From Hyaloraphidium curvatum SAG 235-1 (taxonomy: Eukaryota; Fungi; Monoblepharomycota), in the NCBI GenBank assembly GCA_025558095.1, contig JAIVFI010000017.1:667983-731982 (forward strand): DNA of 64,000 bases, written 5' to 3'. The notes below the pieces were generated by a model. It was not told where the DNA came from, did not search any database, and saw only the letters and a program-made list of their open reading frames with translations. The first letter of the stretch is position 1. Each line of letters starts with the position of its first letter. Of this stretch, positions 12,607-22,441 are shown piece after piece. The translations under genes were made by a program, and so were the position numbers.

Positions 12607-13954
12607 TGAGCCCGAACGCCCGCTCGCCGCCGCCGCTGCCGGGGTCGCCCGGCCCGCCGTCGCCGCCGTCGGTGTCCGGCTCGCCGCAGCCGGGCGACTC
12701 GGACGTCACGGCGGTCGCGCAGGACAACGCGCAGTCCGCGGAGATGTCGGCCACGCTGCCGCCGGCGTCGCCGCGCCCGCGGCCCGCCGGCCTGTTTGCC
12801 GGCGACGCCTTCCCCGGCGTGCAGGGCATCCTGCGGCCCGAGCCCGCCGACCCCCCGCCGCCCCCGATGCTGGACGACTCGGCCTTCGCCGCCGGCCGCG
12901 CCCGCCGCCGCCGCTACCGCATCCTGGAGCGCGTCGGCCAGGGCTCGGAGGCAAAGGTGTCGGCCGCCCTCTCGCTCGACACGGGGCGCATGGTCGCGAT
13001 CAAGGTGTCGCGGAAGCCCGTGCCCGGCATCGCTTGCCCCACGGAGCAGGCCAGGACCTTTGCCGCGATCGCAGGTGGGCATCCGGGCGGCATCCCGCCG
13101 TGCTGGGAGCGCAGCTGACTCGGCACCTCCCCCCTTCCCGCAGCTCTGAAGCACCCCAACATCGTCGAAATGATCGAGCAGTTCGAGACCGAGTCGAAAT
13201 CCTACACCGTCATGGAGCTGGCCGCCGGGGTGGGCAGAACCGTCGCCCATTATATGAGTCACGTGCTAACGCACCGCCGGCTCCGCAGGACCTCGAAACC
13301 TTCCTGCAGTGCCGCGGCCCGCTCGGCGAGGCCGAGATCCGCACCATCCTGGCCTCCATCCTCCGCGCCCTCTGCTTCCTGCACTCGCGCGGCATCGCCC
13401 ACCGCGACCTCAAGCCCCGCAACATCCTCCTCCGCTCCTTCGACGACCTCTCCACCCTCTGCATCTCGGACTTTGGCGGCGCGCACGTGCCCATGGGCCC
13501 GCTGTTCCCGCCGCCGGGCGTGCCCACGATGCACCGCATCGTCGGCACCCCGCTCTACCTCGCCCCGGAGATCGTGCGCGGGCAGACGCCGTACAGCGCC
13601 GAGGTCGACCTCTGGTCCCTCGGCTGCATCGCGTACCAGCTGGCCTGGGGCCGCACCCCCTTCGGCGACTCGGACAGCCTGCTGCACCTCTTTGCCCGCG
13701 CCATCGGCGGGCGCTGGTCGTTCCCGACCGGCGCGAGGCAGGGCGCCTTCGCAGACTTTGTCGCCGCCCTGCTGCGCCCGGATCCCGAGGGCAGGATCTC
13801 GGCCGAGGGCGCGCTGGAGCACCCGTGGATGAAGGGCGTGCCGGTGGTCGACGGGCCGATGTACTCGCCCGCCCCCATGCCGGCGATCGAGGCGCTCGAG
13901 GTGATGGGCGGCGAGAAGGGGGACACGAGGCGCTTCTCCCGCATCTCCGTGTGA
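12607..13954 (+). CDS. CAMK-like Ser/Thr kinase (kinase 2), intron donors at 13075 and 13230
   Basis: VGQGSEA, VAIK, LKHPNIV, HRDLKPRN, DFG, GTPLYLAPE, DLWSLG. Confidence 0.9.
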
Positions 13955-14432
13955 GACTTTATGCACCGCCGGCATGGTGGTGCTTGGTGGCGGCTCGGTG
14001 GGACGGGCAGGGGAGGGAAAAGTCTGGAAGGCAGGGTTGAAGGTCTCCTGGGAACTAGCTTGGCGACGCGGCGGATGGCAACTGTCGTAGCATGGTCGTA
14101 ATGCAGCGATGTTTGGTGATCCCGAGCGCGGTCCGCGATGCGGGTGTTGTCCATGCCCGCGTTCTTCATCTTCATCGTTTTGAGTGCCGCGGCATGGCCC
14201 GCACACAGCCGTGTGGCCCGGAAGGGGGCGGGCAAGTGAAAATGGACAATTCGGAAGAGAAATAGGAATGAAGGAGGGCGACAATGCACAGCTAGTGCAC
14301 CGTGTGAAGAGATGGTAACCGGTGCCAGTTAGGCATGCCCTCGCGTTCCACGACCGGTGACTCGACCCCCAACACTCTCCGCTCTCCCCGCACGCCAGCA
14401 CGCACCCAGCCCCCCCCTCCCCCGCACGCAAA

Positions 14433-15342
14433 ATGGACCCGCAGCAGTACTCCCCCGGTGGCTCCGGCTCGCAGGCGGACTACCCGCTCAACGACGCCCG
14501 TGGGCTTTCCCCTTTCCCGGGGCCGGCGTCCGCTCACCCTCCCTCCGAAGCCCTCTCCGGCCCGCCGAAGCCCACCCTCTCGACTTCAGGGCCTCCGTCG
14601 GGAATCTACGACGTCCCCACCGCGGGCCTGCCCCGCGCGGAGCCGTACGTTCCGCCGACGCAGCACGTGCCCGCCTCGGTGCAGGGAGGCGGGAGGAGGG
14701 CGCACCCCGCGTGGATCGGGGCCGATGCGGTGGCAGCCGCGCTGGTGACGGCGGGGGTGGTGGTGCTGTGGGTTTATGCCGCGGGGTGGGTGTGCGGACG
14801 GCGGGGATGGGGGCTTCGGACTGGGCTCGGCTGGACGCCGAAGGCGCCGGCCGCACGTCCCAATTCAAGGCCTCCATCGTTGCTGAATCGATTCCGCCGT
14901 CCACAGGCTCATGACCGTGCTCTGTGGCCTCGTCAACATGTGCGCCTCCTCATGAGCCGCGACGGACTGATCAGCTGATCACCGCCGCCCCCGCAGCGCC
15001 GTCGCGGTCCTCATCGTCGTCACCGGCGCCATACAGCCCTACCCGATCCGCAAGTGGGCTCTTTTCCTGCTGCACGACACTGGACGTGGATTCAGTGGGT
15101 CTCGGACGCGGCGCTGATCACCACTGGACTGATCGCGCTTGTGCTCTCCAATGCCCACAGCATGGATCTACCTCGGCGCCTTCATCGTCCCCGGCTACGC
15201 CATCGTGCTCATCGTCTTCGGCTCGCTGCTGATCATCTACGGGGTGGCCAACATCGGGGCCGGTTTCGCGGGTGGGTGGTGCCGGAAGGGACCGGAAACC
15301 GGCTGACCGGCAAGCGCAGGAGTCGGACATAGTCTTCTGTGA
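14433..15342 (+). CDS. COPI-associated/Tvp15-like small membrane protein, 4 introns
   Basis: Spliced product contains KWALFLLHDTGRGFTWIYLG (FL...GRG.F.I..G pattern) and hydrophobic segments; ends GVGHSLL*. Confidence 0.6.
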
Positions 15343-15487
15343 GGGAGTGCGCCAGGAATGGGAACCAGGGAGGTGCTTCGGGGCGGTCGAGAAGAGGGAC
15401 GCTGGCCCCGAGTTTGCCCGATTGTCCGGTCCCGGAAGCGCGCACCGTGCGGACCGATTTTGTTCTCCTCCGGTCCCCCTGCCAAGG

Positions 15488-16387
15488 ATGCCGCGCCACG
15501 CCAACGGGCTGCCGATGCTGTCGAGCGAGAGCGGCGAGGACAGCGAGGCGTTCGACATGGACGAGGCGCTGTCGACGTGGACGCAGCTGGCGGACTTTGA
15601 CGCGTTCGGCGAGCTGCTCGCGCCGGGCGGCGAGCTGTTTGGCGGGCTGCAGCCGCTGCCGCTGGAGCACGGCTTCCTGCCGCTGCCGCCGGGCTCGCAC
15701 TTGCCGCTGATGCCGCTGGGCGTGCAGGCCCCGCTGCCGCTGGGCAACGGCGCCAACGGGCTCAACGGCCACCACCTGCCCCTGCCGCCTCAGCCCGCGC
15801 TAAAGGCGGCGCACCCCGCGCCCCCGCCCGCCCCGGCCGCCCCCGCCAAACAAACAAAGCGTCCGCCGCCCGAGGACGCCGAGGAGGACGACCGCTCGTC
15901 CAAGAAGCCCGCCGCCCCCAAGCCCCCGCGCCCGCCCAAGCCGCCGGCCCGCGAGCCCGCCGCACCCCGCCCGCCGCGGCAGCCCCGGCCCCCCGCACCC
16001 CCGGGCACCGCCCGCCCGCCGCCCGCCCCGCTGGACATCACCGGCGCCGAGGGGTTCGACCTGCTGAACGCCAAGGAGGCTGAGCTGGCCTCGGCGCTGC
16101 GGCTCATGCCAAACGCCTTCCTCGGCATCAAGCAGACCATCCTCAACGAGTGCAGGCGGAACAACGGCATCCGCCGGCGGCAGGCGCGGGAGCTGATCAA
16201 GATCGACGTCAACAAGACGTCGCGCATCTGGGACCTGCTCAAGGAGAGCGGCGAGGTGTGGGTGCAGGGCGAGCGGCCGGCGGGGGCCAACGCGAACGGA
16301 ACGCAGGCGGCGGCGGCGGCTGCCCCTGTGGCACCGGCACCGGCCCCGGCGGCGGCAGCGGACGCCCCACCCGAGGCGGAACCGTGA
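15488..16387 (+). CDS. Stand-alone Ada2-type SWIRM-domain protein
   Basis: PLDITGAEGFDLL...EAELASALRL.P..FL.IK...ARELIKIDVNKTSRIWDLL; no ZZ or SANT domain; Pro-rich linker. Confidence 0.85.
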   Translation: MPRHANGLPMLSSESGEDSEAFDMDEALSTWTQLADFDAFGELLAPGGELFGGLQPLPLEHGFLPLPPGSHLPLMPLGVQAPLPLGNGANGLNGHHLPLPPQPALKAAHPAPPPAPAAPAKQTKRPPPEDAEEDDRSSKKPAAPKPPRPPKPPAREPAAPRPPRQPRPPAPPGTARPPPAPLDITGAEGFDLLNAKEAELASALRLMPNAFLGIKQTILNECRRNNGIRRRQARELIKIDVNKTSRIWDLLKESGEVWVQGERPAGANANGTQAAAAAAPVAPAPAPAAAADAPPEAEP

Positions 16388-16556
16388 CCTTTTCGAGGTC
16401 GATTGGACGTATGGTTGCCACCGGGCTTCGACTTCCGGTTTGCAACGGACTCTTTGCTGGCGTTGGCGGCGTAGGCGGCGCGGACGGCAAAAGCCGGCAC
16501 CCTTTCCGGGATGTGCCCGGCACGGTGTTCAATAGACGCCGACATTGCTCCTAGAG

Positions 16557-17706
16557 TCAGCCTCCGCTCCAGAGATGCTCGAATTCCCGCGAGTAGGCAG
16601 CCACAGCACCGGCGTCGTTCGTCAGGAGAACATTCTCGTGATTGTCGTAGCGTGCGGCCTTGGTCCAGTTAAAACTGACCCGGAACGGCACGAGTCAGCG
16701 AACGGTCAATCGCACCGCCCGGAACTGCCCACCTCCCCGTCGCCACCACCCTCCCGTCGACCACCGCAAACTTGTCGTGCATCGCCCTCCCCCCCTCCCC
16801 CAGCGTCCGCACCGGCACCCCCGCCTGCTCCAGCGCCGCGGCGTCGTTGCCCGGGTTCCCGCGCTGCTCTTTGTCCGTCACGAACCGCACCCGCACGCCC
16901 TTCTTGTGCAGGTTCAGCAGGCAAGAACGGAAGCCGTCGTCCGTGGCGTTGAACACCGCCGCGTCGAGCGTGTGCAGCGCCGAGTTGAGCACCGCCAGCA
17001 GGCTCTTGGTCGCCTCCTCGGTCGGGAAGAACAGCGGTGCGGCATAGAGCCCTCTCGGCTCCGAAAACCTTGCCTGCGCCGGCCTGGCCGCCGGGTCCGC
17101 AAACAACTTCTCGAAATGCGCCGCGTACGCCCCCGCCACCCCCGCGTCGCGGCACACCAAGACGTTCTCCCAGTTTCCCTCGGCCGCGGCGCGGGTGTAG
17201 TTCAGGCTCCCCGTGGCGACCGTGTGCCCGTCCACCACCGCGTACTTTGCACGCGCCCGTCAGCCCCGCCTTCCCGCCGCCGGCGCACCCGGGACGCCCA
17301 CCTTGTGGTGCATCAGCCCCTTGCCCGCCACCCCGCCCCCCATCCTGACCTCCACCCCGGCCTTGCCCAGCCTCTCGGCGTCGTTGCCCCGCCCGCCCTT
17401 GGCCTGCGACGCGTCCGTGACCAGCCTGACGCGGGCGCCGCGCTTCCGCGCCGCCAGGAGCGCTTCGGCGAACGCGTCCAGGGTTACGTTGTACACCGCC
17501 ACGTCGAGCGTCGTCCGCGCCGAGGAAAGGAGCCGCAGGATTTCCTGCACGGAGGAGCGGGAGGGGAAGAAGAGCGCGGTGCAGTGCGGCGCGTGCTGCT
17601 GCGGGGGGCGCGGCTGCGGTTGCGCGGGGGGATGCGGTTGCGGAGGGGGGTGCGCGGGTTGCGGGGGGGCGGGAGGGGGGGAGGGTCGGCAGAAGAGGTT
17701 GCCCAT
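16557..17706 (-). CDS. Phospholipase D/Nuc-family protein with two PLD6-like HKD domains, two introns
   Basis: MHHK|YAVVDG..ATGSLNYT...NWEN and MHDKFAVVDG..ATG|SFNWT...NHEN; N-terminus MGNLFC. Confidence 0.85.
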
Positions 17707-17959
17707 CGCGTCGGAGGGGGGGAGACGCGGGATTCGTGTGGGAGAGGGGAGGAAGGGAAGTGCGCGGTCCGGGCGGGATGCGAGGTCGGGCGCCGTCGAC
17801 AAATGAGCCACGAACTGGCGAAAGGCGCAGACCATTACCGCGCCCCGACTGTGGCCGACAGGTAATCATGTAGGCCATGAGGCGCAAGCTAGGTGCTCCC
17901 TTCAGGCAGAGAATGCGTCCCGGAGGTCGTTTTTCCTACCGGGATCCGATTGCTGTATC

Positions 17960-18700
17960 TACGACGCTGATCAGCCAGCGCATTCACGTCGGCCCGTGAA
18001 TGAGCTACCCACCGACGACAGTTGAGGACCAGCATTCCAGCGCGATGAACACCCAGGAATGTTGAGGAAGGCGCCGAAGTAGATCTGAGCTGTGGGCCCC
18101 AACCATCTACATCGATCAGTCGTCCACGACGATCAAGGTGAGGCGGTGGCCCACCGAGGATCCGATCAGTGTCGTCGCGGACGGAAATAGAGTATACATG
18201 TCGGTAGAGTTGGGTTGAAAGGTGCCGGTGACGGCGAGGACAACGGCGACGGCGCTGGTGGTGGGAGGTTGAGTGGTCAAATGATCAAGCGTCGTCCAAC
18301 GAAGAGGAGGAGGCGCACATGTTGACGAGGCCGCCGAGCACGTTCAATGGGCCTCTGGGTGATTGGCTCGGTCGATGACGGTCTCTCCCGAAGTCCCAGG
18401 CCGGGCAATCCGGCTTGCCCGGTCCGACGCCCCCGTCTCCCGGCGCACGAGCACCCACCCCGCCGCATGAACCCACAGCACCACCACTCTTGCCGCGTCC
18501 AAAAGCCGCGACCGAGTCCGCTTCCGTTCGGGTCGCTCTCCTGCCCGCCCGTGGCCGGCCGTGAACAGGCACGATGATGAGGTGGCCCTCGGTCGCGGTA
18601 ACGCCGGCCCCGCTGGGTCCGAGATGCCCGAGGAGTTGGTGGAAGAGGCGAAGGAGGGCCCAGATGGGGTCGAGGGGGCGGTCTCCGGCAAGCGGATGGG
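17960..18700 (-). pseudogene. Decayed inverted paralogue of the COPI-associated gene at 14433-15342; limits approximate
   Basis: Shares GGCCTCGTCAACATGTGCGCCTCCTC and intron positions; VVVLWVHAAG versus VVVLWVYAAG; IYFGAF versus IYLGAF; frameshifts present. Confidence 0.7.
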
Positions 18701-19309
18701 GTCGCGTCGGAGGGAAGCCCGCTGCCGCGGGCGTCGTCGAGCGGCGGGCCGCGTCCGTCTCCGCCAGTGTGTGTAATGAGGAGACAGCTAGCAATCCAAC
18801 CGTACACTTAGAAATGTCTCCGCCACGGGCCGCGCCGGGAAGTTGCAGCGTGTCCGTCTCTGTGCCGGGCGCGAGCGGCACCGTAAAGGTCGGGGCGCGG
18901 GAGGGGAGCGATGGGGGCCTAACGAGTGGCTGGCGGGCGAGTCTTAAGTCACGCCGGGCGCCAACCGGCTTCGGCCGATCCCGGCCGGATGTGACGACGG
19001 CAAACGGTTCGGTTTCTTGCACTAGTGGGTTCCATGAGCTCTCGGCTTCGTGAAAGTCGAGCGGCCGCAATGGATGCTGCTTGAGAGGTCCGGCATGGTG
19101 GAAATGGCCGTAAGGAATCTCCATCCTCGGATGGCCGAACGTCGAAATGCTTTCCCTCGTATGGAGCTGCAGGAGAGGGTGGCGCCGCTTGGCCCATATG
19201 GCGTGTGACCGTCCAGTCTGGGCGTGGAACCCCTGAGCTCTCATAGCCGCCCGCACGTGGACCCCTCCTGGCTCCACCCCCAAGCATCAGCACCCCGCCC
19301 CGCGCCGCC

Positions 19310-20809
19310 ATGGCCTCCTCCTACGTCCTCCCGCTCGCGGCGAGTGCAACCGCCGTCGCCGGCCTCGCGCTGCTTGCCCGCCGCCTCGCCTTGCCCGCCG
19401 AACACGTCTTCGTCGACGCCGCTGCGCTGTCGGCGGCCGCGCTGCCCGCCCCGCGCGACACGCTGTTCTCGCTGCTGCAGCCGCACCTCGTGCCGATGGA
19501 CGAGCTGCGCAAGAGGGGCCCGCCGTGGGCGAAGGGGCTGACGTGGGTTGCGAGCACGGGGCTGCCGGACCCGTGATCTCACCGTGGGCCGCACCGCAGC
19601 TACGCCCCCCTGCTCGAGCTCGTGCAGGTGCTCATCGGCGTGCAGCCCACGTGCGACATGCTCCTCGAGATTTGGCCGCCGGCATTCGCGGTCTACAACA
19701 TCACCGTGCCCAACCTGCTCAACCTGCCCGAGTCGCTGATCGGCCTGGGCACCAAGCCGCAACACCTCGTGCCGCTGGCCATGTACACCTCCTCAAGGGC
19801 CGCGGGATGCGCCTATTGCAGCGCTCATACGTGCTCCTACGCCATGCGCCGGGGTGGGAAGCAAGGCCCGCTCGAGGCCGCGGTCTCGGGCAACATCGCC
19901 GCGATGGAAAAGGCCGGCATGTCGCCCGCCGAGATCGCCACCGCCCGCGTCGGCCTCGCCCTGGGCCAGCTCCCCGCCGCCCTCACCGCCGCCGACGTCG
20001 CCGCACTCAAGGCCGCCCTTTCGCCCGCCGACGCCGCCTGGGTCGTCTCGGGCGCCGCCATGTTCGGCTCCTTCAACAAGCTCATGGACGGCCTCGGCGT
20101 CCCCCTCGAGCCCACCACCGTCGCCGAGACCCGCGCCACCTTGGGCGCCTCCTGGTCCCTCGGCGGCGCGGGGCCGATGATCGCCGACAACGCCGCGCGC
20201 GCGCCGCCGCCCCCGGAGGACAACATCTTCACCGTCCTCCGCACGCTCTGGCTCGGCCTCCGCCCCGGGGGCGCCGCCGCCGTCGACTCGGCGCTGCTCT
20301 CGATCGTCCCGACCGATCCCAAGGCGTGCCGCGCGCACCTGCTCCGCCGCACGGGCGCCGACCTCGCCCTGCTCGACAGGCTGCCCCATGCCCGCGTCGT
20401 CCGCGCGGTGACGGCGATCGCCGACGTCAACCTCGACGACGCCATCTCGGCGGGCCTCCTGCGCTCGCGCAAGGCGCTTGCCGGTTTGGTGTTCGCCGCC
20501 AAGGCCAGCGACGCCCGCCTCGCCAAGGTCATGTCGCAGATCGCCACCGCCGCCGGCGTCCCCGACTCCGACATCGCGCTCGCCTCCTCCGGCGGCACCT
20601 CGCACCCCGACCCCCTCACGGCGCACACGCTGCTCGCCGCCTCGGCCCTGGCGACCTCCCCGGCCTCGTTCAGCGCCGAGATCGTCGACGCGCTGAGGGC
20701 GGGGCCGATGAAGCCGGCGATGCTGGTGGAGCTGGTGAGCTTCGTGGCCATGTGCGGGATGGTGCACAGGTTCGCCGCGTGGGCGTTCTTTGGCGAGGAG
20801 GAGGAATAG
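19310..20809 (+). CDS. AhpD/carboxymuconolactone-decarboxylase-like protein with an N-terminal hydrophobic anchor, intron at 19543-19599
   Basis: MYTSSRAAGCAYCSAH (CxxC..H) followed by helical AhpD-like segments. Confidence 0.65.
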
Positions 20810-20853
20810 GACGGGAAGTGCCCGTTGTTCGGCGGGGCATCCAAGAGTAGTGC

Positions 20854-22164
20854 TTGGCTCTGGAATGTATTGCGTACCAACTTGTAAAGTCCTTGGCGTT
20901 GCACTTGGGCTCAGCGTTACGGGATTTCGGTCTATCGGCAAGGCGGGCGCTGACGTGGCGTTTGCAGCCCCAGCTTCGTGTTCTCCGGCTGCGCGTCTTC
21001 CTCTGGCTGGACGCCGGGAGCATGGGCATGCTCGTTGGCGGCCGACTGGCTCCTGGGCTCCGGCTCGACACGTTGGCCCCGGACCAGGTGGCGAGGGTGA
21101 CGGCCGACTTGGATGCCGCGCTGGCCGAAGTGCGGGCTTCGGAGCTGGATGCTTCGGAGCTGGAGAAGCTGCCCTTGAGCGCGCTGGCGCTATGGAAGGA
21201 TGCCAGGTTGGGCCATGCTGGGGGCCAGAGCCGTCTCTCGCGTGCGGAGCTCGCGTCTCTTCACCGCCAGGTCGAGCAGCTGCTCCCGCAGGACAGCCAG
21301 GCGCGGGCCATCTGGCTGAGCGTCAAGGCAGCGGAAGCCGGCGCTGCCTTAAGCTTCTTCATCCTCGACAAGGACATGGCGATGGACAACGACACGACTC
21401 GGGACGAGATGTCGTACCGCCTTGGGCTGCCGCCCGCCTGGTGGGTGGCTCTGGTGGCCGCTGGTTCGCTCAAGTGCCCCCTGGGATGCGGTGTCACTCT
21501 CATGACGGACGACTTCGTCCACCCGCTCGTTTGCAAGATGGTCGGAACGGGCCAGCGGCACACGCCTGTCGTGTCGCATTATGCCGGCGGGCTCGCCGAG
21601 GGGCTGAAGCCCACCGGCGCCCACGTCGATTGCCAACACACCGGCTACCTGGAACATGGACTTATCGCTATCCAACCCCTTCCTGCGCCCGTTCATGATC
21701 AGAGCCGTGATGCTGCTGACATCGTCATCCTTCAAGTCGGGTGGCGCCCCGTCTTGATTGACCCCACGGTGGTGACGCCGACCGTCATGGCGGAGGCTGA
21801 GAAGCAGAAACAGCTGCGTGCTCGTTTTGCGATCCCGGACCCTTCTCCTATTGTTTTTGAGCCGTTTGCCGTGGAGACTTTCGGTCGGATGGGTGCCATG
21901 GATCAGGCATCGCTCAAGGCCGCCGCGAGGCGTGCCAAGCCGCCCCGGCCCGGTGCCGAGGGCAAGGAGGTCGATGTGGATGGCCAGATGGCCCGCTACA
22001 TCGGCCGCTTGCGCGCTCTCATTGGCATCGGGCGCGCCCTCGGGTGCCAAGCCCAGCTGCGAAAGTTCCGTCGCGCATGCGTCACCAAGGGTCTACTTAC
22101 TATGCCGGGTGGCATCCAACTTCTCTCTCCCGTTGATGTAATGGACGTAGATGGTGCAGGGTGA
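20854..22164 (+). mobile_element. 3' fragment of a CRE-type non-LTR retrotransposon (zinc knuckle plus restriction-like endonuclease, no RT)
   Basis: YRLGLP; CPLGC-x10-H-x3-C; RH; AD...IDPTVV; EKQK; FEPFAVETFGRMG; intronless with less GC-biased codons than neighbouring genes. Confidence 0.75.
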
Positions 22165-22441
22165 TCAGCGGAGGAGGGTTGTGCAGCCCCGAGTGACGGG
22201 GCGGTGCAGGCGGCGTCGGACGCGATTTGGCGCATCGATCGCCACACCATAAATGCGGTCCGCATCCACCAATTCCGGGGCCTCGCCACAACTCGATGCA
22301 TTCAATGCGGCATCCGGAGTTTGGCTTGGCAAAATCGGAACGGGGAAGGGGCCCTGGGACGTTGCTGCGCCACGCGGGTCAGGCTCGGCGGGCCCGGGTG
22401 ACTCCACGGAACCCAAACCGAAACCACGGACATCGATACCC

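Noticed and set aside
19572-19576. In-frame TGA in the CxxC redox gene as possible selenocysteine
   Set aside because: It lies inside a well-formed intron (19543-19599) whose removal restores the frame; no SECIS recognised.
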